From assembly GCA_035703635.1 (NCBI GenBank), contig DASSXV010000075.1:25103-89102 (forward strand): a stretch of DNA of 64,000 nucleotides, given 5' to 3'. This document shows positions 40,294-50,104 of this stretch, piece after piece. The stretch is from Trueperaceae bacterium. Lineage in GTDB: Bacteria > Deinococcota > Deinococci > Deinococcales > Trueperaceae. The position numbers and the translations under genes are program-made. The notes below the pieces were generated by a model. It had not been told where the DNA came from. It made no database searches and saw only the letters and a program-made list of their open reading frames with translations. Every line of letters starts with the position of its first letter. Position 1 is the stretch's first letter.

Positions 40294-40788
40294 ATGAAGC
40301 ACCCCAACCCGCAAACCATCCGGCAGTTCGTACTCGCCGCCGCGCTACTGACGGCCCTGGTCATCGGCCTCGCGCCAGCCCAAACGGGCGGCGGCGTGGT
40401 CGCAGACCTCACGCAATCAACCCACGTGACCTACGCCGGCGTCGACATCGAGGTCGAGGCCACTTGGGTCACGCCAGCCGCCGAAGCCAGCTTGCTAGCT
40501 AGCGCCGCGGGGGACTGGTCGGCGAGCACAGGCATCGTCATGCTCGTGCATGAGAGCACCACCGCCGCAGAGCTGCCGAGCGCCATGCTCGGGTCCGCCT
40601 CGGTCCTCGCGGTCGAAGGTCAAGGGGTACGCCCAGAAGTGATAGGCCTCGTCGAGACGCACGCCGCCAGCCGCGTGACGCTACTGCGCTTCCCCGTAAC
40701 GCCTGACCAGACCGGCAAGATCGCCCTCAACTTGCCGGGCAAGGGCGTGCTCGTGTGGAACGTAGGAGACTGCCTCGGCACGAAGTAG
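40294..40788 (+). CDS. Secreted hypothetical protein
   Basis: GGAGG before ATG 40294; signal peptide ending APA-Q; followed by a hairpin. Confidence 0.65.
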   Translation: MKHPNPQTIRQFVLAAALLTALVIGLAPAQTGGGVVADLTQSTHVTYAGVDIEVEATWVTPAAEASLLASAAGDWSASTGIVMLVHESTTAAELPSAMLGSASVLAVEGQGVRPEVIGLVETHAASRVTLLRFPVTPDQTGKIALNLPGKGVLVWNVGDCLGTK

Positions 40789-40805
40789 AGTCCACGCAAA
40801 AGAAC

Positions 40806-40835
40806 GCGGCCCCCTCTAGTAGAAGAGGGGGCCGC
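40806..40835 (+). terminator. Stem-loop terminator
   Basis: GCGGCCCCCTCT-N6-AGAGGGGGCCGC. Confidence 0.7.
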
Positions 40836-40903
40836 TTGCTGTCACCCCGTCGAAACGCGAACGGCGTAGCAGCCCACTCCAAGAACATCCACCGCCCAGT
40901 TAG

Positions 40904-40917
40904 GTGAATCGTTATAC
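40904..40917. promoter_or_regulatory. Putative LacI operator 1
   Basis: GTGAATCGTTATAC; near-identical copies at 46266 and 46428. Confidence 0.65.
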
Positions 40918-40943
40918 TCTGCGCATCTCGTCGGAGGTCAACC

Positions 40944-41966
40944 ATGCGAGCTGCGTCACTAACAAGGCCCGGGACCCTGATCGAAACTTCCCTGCCCGAG
41001 CCCATGCAACCAGCGGCGGGCGAAGCCCTCGTACGCGTTCTGCGCGTCGGCGTCTGCGGAACCGACCTCCACGCGTTCAAGGGCGAGCAACCGATGATGC
41101 GGTACCCGGTAGTCCTTGGGCACGAACTTGCCGTTGAGGTTTTGGCACTTGGACCTCAACCCGGGAGCAGCCAGCTCGAGGTCGGCAGCCGCTGCACCGT
41201 CATGCCCTACGTCAACTGCGGCATCTGCATGGCCTGCGCCAGAGGGCTAACGAACGCCTGCGAGAACCTGCAAGTACTCGGCGTGCACGTCGATGGTGGC
41301 CTACGCGAACGGTTCGTGCTGCCCACTCGCCTGCTGATCGCCGCCGACGACCTAGACGACGACCAGTTGGCGCTCACCGAAATGCTCGCGATCGGCACGC
41401 ACGCGGTGGCGCGCGCGCAACTGCGAGGCGACGAGCCGATCGCCGTCATCGGGTTGGGCCCGATCGGTCTGGGCATCATCGCGGCGGCAGCACAGGAGAG
41501 CACGCGCGTAGTTGGGGTCGACGTCTCACCTGATCGGCGCGAGTTCCTCGCGCGCACTGGCATGGCCATGGGCTACGCGGCTGGTCCCGACCTGGCAGAC
41601 GAGCTGCGCGAGGCGTTGGGCGGCGAACTACCAACGGCGGTCTTCGACGCAACGGGCAATGTGGCATCGATGCAGAACGCACCCCTGCTAGCAGCAGCCG
41701 GTGGCAAGGTGATGCTCGTTGGTCACACGCCCGGGACGCTCACCTTCGAGAACCAAGTCATTCACCGCAAAGAGCTGAGCGTCTTGGCGAGCCGCAACGC
41801 GACCCACGCCGACTTCGTCCGCGTGCTTGCGCGCCTGCGGACCAGCTCCAACGACCCGCGCGAGTGGATTAACGTTCGCGCCGACATCCCCGGTGCCGTC
41901 GCCGAGTTCCATGACTGGGCAGCCGGGCGCGGGGGACTAGTCAAGGCCATGGTGCAAGTCGCGTGA
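40944..41966 (+). CDS. Zn-dependent (MDR) dehydrogenase, L-galactonate dehydrogenase-like
   Basis: CGTDLH, LGHE, CGICMAC...NAC, GLGPIG, FDATGN, SRNAT. Confidence 0.85.
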   Translation: MRAASLTRPGTLIETSLPEPMQPAAGEALVRVLRVGVCGTDLHAFKGEQPMMRYPVVLGHELAVEVLALGPQPGSSQLEVGSRCTVMPYVNCGICMACARGLTNACENLQVLGVHVDGGLRERFVLPTRLLIAADDLDDDQLALTEMLAIGTHAVARAQLRGDEPIAVIGLGPIGLGIIAAAAQESTRVVGVDVSPDRREFLARTGMAMGYAAGPDLADELREALGGELPTAVFDATGNVASMQNAPLLAAAGGKVMLVGHTPGTLTFENQVIHRKELSVLASRNATHADFVRVLARLRTSSNDPREWINVRADIPGAVAEFHDWAAGRGGLVKAMVQVA

Positions 41967-42925
41967 AGTCGACGCCGCTCGGCGTTACGGGCCCGCTGGT
42001 CAGCGCCGTTGGCTTGGGCGGGTCCGCACTCGGTGGCGTGTTCGGGCATGTTGAGGAGAGCAGCGCCATCGCTACGGTGCAGGCGGCGCTCGAAGCTGGC
42101 ATCACCCTCTTCGATACCGCTCCGGCCTACGGCGCAACCCGCTCGGAGACGCTACTCGGCCGGGCGCTGCAGGGCGCGCCGCGCTCCAGCTACGCCTTGT
42201 CGACCAAGGCCGGGAAGAACACGCTCCCGACCGGCGAAGACCTCTTCGACTACTCCGAAACCGCCATCCGCAGTTCGGTCGACGCCAGTCTGGAGAGGCT
42301 TGGCACGAACTATCTCGACGTAGTCCACCTGCACGACTTCGACTACGAGGGCGGGCGGCACGTCGAGCAGGCGCTGGCGGAAGGCTTCCCCACGCTGCTG
42401 GCCTTGAAACGTGAGGGTGTGATACGCGCTGTTGGGGCTGGCATCTACTTCATGCCGCTGTGGAAGCGGGTCCTCACGCAGGTCAGCCTCGACGTAGTAC
42501 TCCTCCACAACCACCACACGCTGTGCGACGTGCGCGCGTACGAACTGCTGCCACTCTTGGAGGAGCGGGGCGTGGCGCCCATCAACGCCGCGCCGTTCGC
42601 TAGTGGACTACTAACCGGCGCGGAACCGGCCCCTTGGCACCCCGTCCCGGCCAGCGCCCGCGCCCTCTTGAAGCGCGCGGCGGCCTTGGCGGCCAGTCGC
42701 GGTAGTTCGCTTTCGCGGCTAGCGCTGCAGTTCTCGAGTTCGGAACCGCGGCTACCGCTAACGCTCTTCAGCTGCGCCGACCCGGCGACCTTACGCACCA
42801 ACCTGGCGTGGCTCGAGGAGGACCCAGACCTTGAGCTCGTGGCCGACGTGCAGCGCATCCTCGAACCCATCATGAACATGCAGTGGCCGTACGGCAGCAG
42901 CCCGGCGCACGAGGACTTCTCGTGA
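41963..42925 (+). CDS. Aldo/keto reductase, L-galactose/L-fucose dehydrogenase-like
   Basis: FDTAPAYG, STKAG, HLHD catalytic tetrad; FDYS...SLERLG. Confidence 0.85.
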   Translation: MKSTPLGVTGPLVSAVGLGGSALGGVFGHVEESSAIATVQAALEAGITLFDTAPAYGATRSETLLGRALQGAPRSSYALSTKAGKNTLPTGEDLFDYSETAIRSSVDASLERLGTNYLDVVHLHDFDYEGGRHVEQALAEGFPTLLALKREGVIRAVGAGIYFMPLWKRVLTQVSLDVVLLHNHHTLCDVRAYELLPLLEERGVAPINAAPFASGLLTGAEPAPWHPVPASARALLKRAAALAASRGSSLSRLALQFSSSEPRLPLTLFSCADPATLRTNLAWLEEDPDLELVADVQRILEPIMNMQWPYGSSPAHEDFS

Positions 42926-43827
42926 AGAGCCAGGACGAGACGCTAGTTCCGGTCGACGTCATCGACTCACACCAGCACTTCTGGCGCTTCGACCCAACCG
43001 AGCACACCTGGATGACCGAAGCGCAAGGCGTTCTCAAGCGCGACTACCTGCCTGCAGACTTGGCTCCCGACCTTGCGCGTGCAGGCGTCAGCGGCACCGT
43101 GGCCGTGCAGGCCCGCCGCCTCCTCAAGGAGACGGAGTGGCTGCTCGAGTTGGCCGCGGGAGAACCGTTCATCCGCGGCGTCGTCGGGTGGTTCGACTTC
43201 GAGTCGCGGTCGCTGGAGGCGGACCTGGAACGCCTTGCCGAGAACCCGCTCCTAGTTGGCGCCCGCGAGCTCATCCACGACATGCCGGACGTCGACTACG
43301 CCACGTCCTCGTCGCACGTTAACGGCGTGAGGGCCGTCGGGCGCGCCGGCCTCGCCTACGATCTGCTCCTCAAGCCGCAACACCTGCAAGCCGCGCTGAC
43401 TCTGGCGGACTTGTTACCGGAACAGCGCTTCGTGGTGGACCACCTCGCCAAACCGAGGGTTGCGACCGGCCAACACGAGCCGTGGGCGCGTGACCTGCGG
43501 GCGCTGGCCGAACGCGCGAACGTCAGTTGCAAGCTATCTGGGTTCGTGACCGAGGCAGACTGGAGCGACTCACGCCCGGCTCAGTTCACGCCGTACTTCG
43601 AGACGGTCCTAGGGGCGTTCGGGCCCGAACGCGTCATGTTCGGCTCCGACTGGCCCGTGTGCCTGTGCGCCGCCAGTTACGGCACGGTTAATGACATCGT
43701 TGCAGCCGCCATCACTTCGCTGAGCGCCTCTGAACAAGCAGGCGTGCTCGGCGCGAACGCCGCTCGCTTCTACCGCCTGCCTCCAGCAAGGTCAACCGGC
43801 ACGCAGCCAGCCAAGAGGAGAACCTGA
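42922..43827 (+). CDS. Amidohydrolase_2, L-fucono/L-galactono-1,5-lactonase-like
   Basis: IDSHQHFW, VAVQA, GVVGW, DHLAKP, CKLSG, MFGSDWPV. GTGA overlap. Confidence 0.85.
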   Translation: MKSQDETLVPVDVIDSHQHFWRFDPTEHTWMTEAQGVLKRDYLPADLAPDLARAGVSGTVAVQARRLLKETEWLLELAAGEPFIRGVVGWFDFESRSLEADLERLAENPLLVGARELIHDMPDVDYATSSSHVNGVRAVGRAGLAYDLLLKPQHLQAALTLADLLPEQRFVVDHLAKPRVATGQHEPWARDLRALAERANVSCKLSGFVTEADWSDSRPAQFTPYFETVLGAFGPERVMFGSDWPVCLCAASYGTVNDIVAAAITSLSASEQAGVLGANAARFYRLPPARSTGTQPAKRRT

Positions 43828-45179
43828 TGATCACGCTCGCCGAGTACGCAACTAGACGCCAACGGCTCGTTGACACCCTTAGAACCCAGGTGCCAGATCC
43901 GGTGGCGGTCATCCAGGGCGCCCCCAAGCCGTCCGCGCACGTGCGCTTCCGGCAGTACAACGACCTGCACTACCTCTGCCCGGTTGACGCGCCTCACGCT
44001 TACCTCGTCATCGACGGCCGCGAAGGCGGGGTGTCGCACCTCTTCCTGCCGCACCAGCCCGAACACCGCCTGAAGGCGGAGGGAAAGCAACTCAGCGCAG
44101 GCGACCCTGAGCACGTGAAGCGCACGGTCGGCGTCGACGAGGTCCACGGCCTAGATGAGCTGACCGGGTTCCTCGAGCGGGCGCCGCACATCTTCACACC
44201 CATGCGGCGTGGAGAGGGGGCGGTGCAGTCGTGGGACACGCTAAGGCGCGGGTTCGAAGAACGCATTGCGGACCCATGGGACGGCCGGCTCGACAGGAAC
44301 CGCACCTTCATCAAACTTCTGCGCGAACGCCTACCAGCGAGTAAGGTCAGCGACCTCGGGCCCACGCTGAACGACATGCGCCTCTTGAAGTCGGCCGCCG
44401 AGATCGAGCTATTGAGCCGAGCGGGGCGACTCAGCGCCCACGGGCTGCTCGCGGCCATGCGCGTTACGCGGCCTGGAGCAACCGAGTACCAGATCGAGGC
44501 GGCGTCACGCTACGTGTACCTAGACCACGGTGCGCTCGACGTGTCGTATCGCGCGATATCCGCAAGCGGCGACAACGCCTGGTACGGCCACTACAACGCC
44601 AACGATGCGCTGTTGAAAGGCGGCGATCTCGTCCTCTTCGACTGCGGACCCGACTACCACTACTACGCCTCGGACATCACGCGCATGTGGCCGGTGAACG
44701 GGCGCTACACCTCCACGCAGCGGCAGCTCTACGACTTCATGGTTCGCTATCACCTAGTGCTACTCGAGCTATTAGGCCCGGGCCTGACCGCCGAATGGGT
44801 GCAGGAGGAAGCCGCCAAGCGGATGCGCGTCGTGGTCGACAGCACGGCGTGGGAGAAGCCCATCTACGAACAGGCGGCACGCCGCGCGCTCGAGTTCCCG
44901 GTTCACCTCTCCCACCCAGTGGGCATGGCCGTGCACGACGTTGGCCACTACCGCGGCCACGTCCTTCAGCCAGGCATGGTCATCTCCGTCGATCCGCAGC
45001 TGATAATTCCGGAGGAGCGCAAGTACTTGCGCGTCGAAGACACCGTGGTGATCACGGGGAACGGCATAGAGAACCTGACGAGCGACGCACCGTACGACCT
45101 AGACGAGATGGAGGCGTACATGGCTGCCGCGGCGGGGTCAACGCCGTCACATGAGCGACTGTGGGAGCCCGGCAGCTAA
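43827..45179 (+). CDS. Xaa-Pro aminopeptidase family (M24B) protein
   Basis: FRQYND, MRLLKS-AEI, FDCG, SDITRMWP, SHPVGMAVHD, RVED. Confidence 0.88.
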   Translation: MITLAEYATRRQRLVDTLRTQVPDPVAVIQGAPKPSAHVRFRQYNDLHYLCPVDAPHAYLVIDGREGGVSHLFLPHQPEHRLKAEGKQLSAGDPEHVKRTVGVDEVHGLDELTGFLERAPHIFTPMRRGEGAVQSWDTLRRGFEERIADPWDGRLDRNRTFIKLLRERLPASKVSDLGPTLNDMRLLKSAAEIELLSRAGRLSAHGLLAAMRVTRPGATEYQIEAASRYVYLDHGALDVSYRAISASGDNAWYGHYNANDALLKGGDLVLFDCGPDYHYYASDITRMWPVNGRYTSTQRQLYDFMVRYHLVLLELLGPGLTAEWVQEEAAKRMRVVVDSTAWEKPIYEQAARRALEFPVHLSHPVGMAVHDVGHYRGHVLQPGMVISVDPQLIIPEERKYLRVEDTVVITGNGIENLTSDAPYDLDEMEAYMAAAAGSTPSHERLWEPGS

Positions 45180-45188
45180 CCGGCGCGT

Positions 45189-46241
45189 TCAGTTGCTTAG
45201 CGCGCGGCAGCTCTCCCGCACGACGAACTCCGTCGTGACGATGCTCTCGATGGGCGCTGCGGCCGGGTCGGTTGGATCGTTCAGGAGCGCGAGCATCGTG
45301 TTCAGCGCCAGCCGGGCCATCTCCACCCTCGGTGTCCTGACGGTGGTGATGGCCGGCCGCATGAACGACGTCCACGCCGGATCGTCGAAAGCGACGATCG
45401 ACATGCTGTCCGGCACGGCCACCCCCCGGTCCTTGAGGCATTGCAGCGCGGCGCCAGTCATGAGCTCGTTACAGACTAGGAGGGCGGTTGGCGGCTCGCG
45501 CATGGCAAGGAACGTCTCGACGGCACGGTAAGCGGGTTCGTAGCGGTACTGCCCGCGGCCAAGCAGCTCGCCGCTCGGTGTGATGCCAGCTGCCTCGAGG
45601 GCGTCGCGATAACCGGCCAAGCGACGCTGCGCCGAGGTAAGCGACTGGTTGCCTGCCACGATGCCAATGCGGCGGTGCCCGAGTGACAACAGGTAGTTGG
45701 TAGCGCGCTCCGCCGCCAGCCTGTCGTCGATGTTGATGCGCGGCGCCTTGAGTTCGTCATTAGCGCACTCGACGAGCACCAACTTCGCGCCGCCGTCGAT
45801 GAGGCCTGCGACGAACGCCTCGTTCTCAGGGGCTGGCGAGAGGATTATCCCGTCGACGTTGCGTTCCTGTAGCGCCATTAGGTAGTCGCGCTCGACGGCG
45901 GGATCGTCGGCGGTCGTGCCGAGAATCACTTGATAACCGCGTTCCTGCGCAGCGGCCTCTATGCCGCGGATGAAGGTCGTCCAGTGGTAGCTGAGGATGT
46001 TGGAGACCACGACGCCTACGGCCTTCGTGCGGCCCGACCGGAGCGAGCGCGCCAACGCGTTCGGCCGGTAGTCAAGTTTCCGTGCGGCCTCGAGCACGGC
46101 CGCTTGGGTCTTGGAGCTGAACGAGCCGTAGTTGGAAAGCACGCGGCTGGCCATGCCTAGCGACACGCCAGCCTGCTCGGCCACCTCGCGCAGCGTCACG
46201 CGCTTGTTTCCCCTGACCGTGGCCTTGGTTCTCACAGACAC
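45189..46241 (-). CDS. LacI family transcriptional regulator
   Basis: VTLREVAEQAGVS...SRVL, YRPNALARSL, GHRRIG, SIVAFDD. Confidence 0.93.
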   Translation of the reverse strand: MSVRTKATVRGNKRVTLREVAEQAGVSLGMASRVLSNYGSFSSKTQAAVLEAARKLDYRPNALARSLRSGRTKAVGVVVSNILSYHWTTFIRGIEAAAQERGYQVILGTTADDPAVERDYLMALQERNVDGIILSPAPENEAFVAGLIDGGAKLVLVECANDELKAPRINIDDRLAAERATNYLLSLGHRRIGIVAGNQSLTSAQRRLAGYRDALEAAGITPSGELLGRGQYRYEPAYRAVETFLAMREPPTALLVCNELMTGAALQCLKDRGVAVPDSMSIVAFDDPAWTSFMRPAITTVRTPRVEMARLALNTMLALLNDPTDPAAAPIESIVTTEFVVRESCRALSN

Positions 46242-46265
46242 CGACCCGACCCAGGCCGCCGCAGG

Positions 46266-46279
46266 GTAGAACGATTCAC
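46266..46279. promoter_or_regulatory. Putative LacI operator 2 (autoregulation)
   Basis: GTAGAACGATTCAC; its reverse complement matches operator 1 at 13/14 positions. Confidence 0.6.
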
Positions 46280-46407
46280 GCGCCCGTCATCCGCAGGCAA
46301 CCTTTCGCTTCCTGAATCCTGCTCTCCTCGCCCTACTTCGCGAACGCCTTTAGCCTTGCGCACCACCGTGGAACCCCCTCTCCCACACCGTTCCTGAGTC
46401 TACGTGA

Positions 46408-46441
46408 TTGACAGAACGCGAGCCAAGGTATAACGTTACAC
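46408..46441 (+). promoter_or_regulatory. Promoter of the opp operon with LacI operator 3
   Basis: TTGACA at 46408; palindrome GTATAACGTTACAC (46428-46441) covers the -10 region. Confidence 0.7.
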
Positions 46442-46478
46442 CCAGCAATCCACAGATAATGCCCCACGGAGGTAGAGC

Positions 46479-48047
46479 ATGTCCCGAGTCCGGAACGTCA
46501 TCAGGCTACTCGTAGCGTCCCTCGCGCTCTTGGTTGGAGCCGCGTGGGCACAGACGCTGAACGTCACGTTGGATCAGAACACGGCCAACATCGACCCAAC
46601 CGCCAACTGGCTCTACGACCTCACGTCCAACCAGTTCGTACCGCTTGTCGAGTACGACTTCGCCACGGGCCAGTCGGTACCGGCTGGCGCAGAGTCCTGG
46701 ACGGTGTCGGATGACGGACTCACCTACACCTTCCACATCCGGGAAGGTTGGAACTGGTCGGACGGCGCCCCCGTAACCGCGCAGGACTACGTGAACGGGT
46801 TCAGGCGCATCGCCGACCCGGCTACCGCGGCTCCGATGGCCTACCGCATCTACATCGTCAAAGGCGCGCGCGAAATCAACCAGGGTGAGGTAAGCGACCT
46901 CTCGACCCTCGGCGTCACCGCCGTGGACGACCACACCCTCCAGATCGACGTGATCGCGCCCGCATCCTGGTTCCTCTCCTCGCTCGCCACCGTCGGTCAC
47001 GCTGTCCCGCAATGGACCATCGACGAGTTCGGCGCTGCCTGGACAGATCCTCAGAACGTCGTAGTGAACGGCCCTTACAAGCTCACGCGCCTCGATCATG
47101 AGGACATCGCCGTCCTAGAAGCGAACCCTAGCTACTTCGCAGCTGACCAGGTCCAGATCAAGACCGTCAACCTCCTGCGCGTCGCGCAAGAGTCCACGGC
47201 GTTGGCCCTCTACGAGAGCGGCGACCTCGACACCGTCGGCGTCCCATCCAATGACCTGGAGCGCATCAAGTCCGACCCGGTACTCGGCCAACAGTTCCAC
47301 AGCGGACCCTCGACCACGCTCTACCGCTACGACTTCAACGTGCTGCGCGCACCGTTCGACAACGTCCTCGTAAGGCAAGCGTTCGCCGCCGCCACCGACA
47401 AGCAGGCCATCGTCGACTTCATCACCAAGGGCGGCGAGATCGTCGCGCCAACCCTCACCCCTCCCGGGTCTGTCGGCCACGTGCCTGCCTCGGCTGGCGT
47501 AGGCATCCCGTTCGATCCTGAGCGCGCCAAGGCCCTACTTGCCCAAGCTGGCTACCCGGGCGGCCAAGGCCTGCCGACCATCTCCCTCGCGTTCAACGCC
47601 GCCGAGACGAACAGCCGCATTGCGCAGGCCGTGCAGCAGATGTGGCAGAACACGCTGGGCGCCAAAGTCGAGTTGCAGTCCGTTGAAGGCGCCACCTACT
47701 CCCAACTCGCTAACGACGGCGCTTACAACGTGTGGCGCATGGGCTGGGGCATGGATTACCCGGACGCCAACAACATCCACGCCGAACTCTTCACCTCGGA
47801 CGTCGGCTCCAAGGCCCTCGTGAGGAACGCCGAGTACGACCGCGTGGTGGCAGAGGCCGCCGTCGAGCAAGACCCAGCCAAGCGCACCGAGTTGTACACG
47901 GAAGCCGAGCGCATCCTGGTACAGGAGGAAGCCGGCACCATGCCCATCTACTGGGGCGCGGTGAACCTCCTCATCAGGCCAGGACTGCACCGCGACATGG
48001 TCGCGCCAGGCTACAACCGCGCCTTCGCCAAGTGGACCCTCGACTGA
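46479..48047 (+). CDS. oppA: Oligopeptide ABC substrate-binding protein
   Basis: AESWTVSDDGLTYTF, WSDG-PVTAQD, VVNGPYKL, PFDNVLVRQA, GWGMDYPD. Confidence 0.9.
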   Translation: MSRVRNVIRLLVASLALLVGAAWAQTLNVTLDQNTANIDPTANWLYDLTSNQFVPLVEYDFATGQSVPAGAESWTVSDDGLTYTFHIREGWNWSDGAPVTAQDYVNGFRRIADPATAAPMAYRIYIVKGAREINQGEVSDLSTLGVTAVDDHTLQIDVIAPASWFLSSLATVGHAVPQWTIDEFGAAWTDPQNVVVNGPYKLTRLDHEDIAVLEANPSYFAADQVQIKTVNLLRVAQESTALALYESGDLDTVGVPSNDLERIKSDPVLGQQFHSGPSTTLYRYDFNVLRAPFDNVLVRQAFAAATDKQAIVDFITKGGEIVAPTLTPPGSVGHVPASAGVGIPFDPERAKALLAQAGYPGGQGLPTISLAFNAAETNSRIAQAVQQMWQNTLGAKVELQSVEGATYSQLANDGAYNVWRMGWGMDYPDANNIHAELFTSDVGSKALVRNAEYDRVVAEAAVEQDPAKRTELYTEAERILVQEEAGTMPIYWGAVNLLIRPGLHRDMVAPGYNRAFAKWTLD

Positions 48048-48062
48048 TCAGCCGCTGACCTT

Positions 48063-48117
48063 CCGGCCGGGACGCAGGCAGTTCGCGATCCCTCGCGAAC
48101 ACCGCGTTCCCGGCCGG
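48063..48117 (+). terminator. Long intra-operon stem-loop between oppA and oppB
   Basis: Outer stem CCGGCCGGGA/TCCCGGCCGG and inner stem GTTCGCGA/TCGCGAAC. Confidence 0.6.
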
Positions 48118-48212
48118 CAATCCTCCACAACTGCGCCGATAGTTGGCGCTAGTCCACGACTCCATGACAGCGGCCCCGTGCCGACTGGTGCGCATCGAGG
48201 GTATCTAAGGGC

Positions 48213-49142
48213 ATGGCAGTTCTCGCTATCAGGCGCATCCTCTCCCTCGTACCGGTGCTCTTCGTTATCTCGGTAGTCACGTTCCTGCTCATGCACTCGG
48301 TGCCAGGAAGCCCGTTCGCGACGGAAGACAAGCCTCTGCCGCCACAGGTGAAGGCGAACCTCGAAGCGTACTACGGGCTCAATAAACCCCTGATCACGCA
48401 GTACTTCAGCTACATGGGCAACGCCCTGCGCGGCGATCTAGGACCCTCATATCTTCAGCGCAACCGCAGCGTGAACCAGATCATCCGCCAGCATCTACCA
48501 CCCTCCGCCACGCTCGGCGTTCTGGCGCTGGCGGTGGCGCTTGTCATCGGCGTGCCCATCGGCGTGCTCTCAGCCGTAAGACAGAACACCCTCACCGATT
48601 ACGTCGGCATGTTCATCGCCATCGCGGGCGTCTCGGTGCCAGCCATGACGCTGGGGCCACTCCTCATCTGGGGGTTCGCGCTCGAGCTCGGGTGGTTGCC
48701 CGTCGCGCGCTGGGGCACCTGGCAGCAAGCCATACTCCCTGCGATCACGCTCGGGCTCGGCAGCGCCGCCGTTCTCGCGCGCCTCACGCGCGCCAGCATG
48801 CTACAGACCATCCACGAGGACTTCATCAGGACGGCAAGGTCGAAGGGCCTTACTGAGCAGCGCATCGTCACAAAGCACGCGCTTCGCAACGCGCTCATCC
48901 CCGTGATAACGGTGATCGGACCGCTGTTCGCCGCGCTGGTGACGGGCTCGATGGTGGTGGAGCAGATCTTCGCGATACCCGGGCTTGGGCGCTATTTCGT
49001 CGACTCGGTCTCGTCACGCGACTACCCGGTCATCATGGGAACCACCCTCTTGTACGCCGTGGTCCTCGTGATCTCCAACCTCGTCGTCGACCTCTCGTAC
49101 CACCTCATCGACCCGCGAATGCGCCTGGAGAACTCGGCGTGA
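48213..49142 (+). CDS. oppB: Oligopeptide ABC permease
   Basis: PGSPF, YGLNKP, GDLGPSY, DFIRTARSKGL, VEQIFAIPGLG. Confidence 0.92.
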   Translation: MAVLAIRRILSLVPVLFVISVVTFLLMHSVPGSPFATEDKPLPPQVKANLEAYYGLNKPLITQYFSYMGNALRGDLGPSYLQRNRSVNQIIRQHLPPSATLGVLALAVALVIGVPIGVLSAVRQNTLTDYVGMFIAIAGVSVPAMTLGPLLIWGFALELGWLPVARWGTWQQAILPAITLGLGSAAVLARLTRASMLQTIHEDFIRTARSKGLTEQRIVTKHALRNALIPVITVIGPLFAALVTGSMVVEQIFAIPGLGRYFVDSVSSRDYPVIMGTTLLYAVVLVISNLVVDLSYHLIDPRMRLENSA

Positions 49143-50083
49143 TGGCCGGCACCGCCAAGACCAAGCGCGCCGGCATCGAAACGCCAGCGCGGCGCGCGTT
49201 CCGCCAACTCCGCAAGAACGGCCCAGCGACCGTCAGTGCGGGCGTCCTGCTCGTCCTCGTGTTCGTGGCGCTCTTCGCCCCGCAGATCGCGCCGCACCAC
49301 TACGCAACGGGCGACTTCTCCGCCAACTTCGCGGCGCCAAGCTCGCGGTTCCCGCTCGGCGCCGACTTCCTCGGCCGCGACATGTTGTCGAGGCTCATCT
49401 ACGGCACGCGCATCTCGTTGTCCGTCGCCTTCCTCGGTGCGTTCTTCGCCTTTTTCGTCGGGCTCATTTACGGCGTCATCGCAGGCTATTTCGGCGGTCG
49501 CTTGGACGAGATCATGATGCGCATCGTAGATATCCTCTACGCCTTCCCCGGCCTGCTCTTCATCATCCTGCTGATGGTGGCGTTCAAGACGGGGTTCGGG
49601 GGAGTGGCCACCACCAACCCCGTGATCAAAGCGGTGGGCGCGCTCGACGCCAAGCTTGGGGGCGTCTTCCTCATCATCGTCGGCATCAGCCTCACGTCTT
49701 GGGTCGGGATGGCGCGCCTCACGCGCGGCATGACGCTCGCCCTGCGCCACGCCGAGTTCATGACGGCGGCCAAAGCGCTAGGGGCGTCCGACAGGCGCGT
49801 AATCTTCAAGCACCTGGTGCCCGCCATCGCTGGCCCACTGGTCGTGCAGGTGACGCTGTCCATTCCCGGCTTCATCGGCACGGAGGCGTTCTTGAGCTTC
49901 ATCGGCATCGGCGCCACTCCGCCAACGCCATCGTGGGGAACCATGATCGCGGAAGGCTTCTCAGCCATGCGCAGCCACCCTCACCTAGCCATCTACCCTG
50001 GGCTTGCCCTTGCGATCGTAATGTTGGCCTTCAATTTCTTGGGCGACGGGCTCCGCGACGCCCTCGATCCCCACTCACGCTGA
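49142..50083 (+). CDS. oppC: Oligopeptide ABC permease
   Basis: LGADFLGRD, EFMTAAKALG, EAFLSFIG, SWGTMI, GDGLRDALDP. Confidence 0.92.
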   Translation: MAGTAKTKRAGIETPARRAFRQLRKNGPATVSAGVLLVLVFVALFAPQIAPHHYATGDFSANFAAPSSRFPLGADFLGRDMLSRLIYGTRISLSVAFLGAFFAFFVGLIYGVIAGYFGGRLDEIMMRIVDILYAFPGLLFIILLMVAFKTGFGGVATTNPVIKAVGALDAKLGGVFLIIVGISLTSWVGMARLTRGMTLALRHAEFMTAAKALGASDRRVIFKHLVPAIAGPLVVQVTLSIPGFIGTEAFLSFIGIGATPPTPSWGTMIAEGFSAMRSHPHLAIYPGLALAIVMLAFNFLGDGLRDALDPHSR

Positions 50084-50104
50084 CCCACAGAAAGCGAGAA
50101 GATC

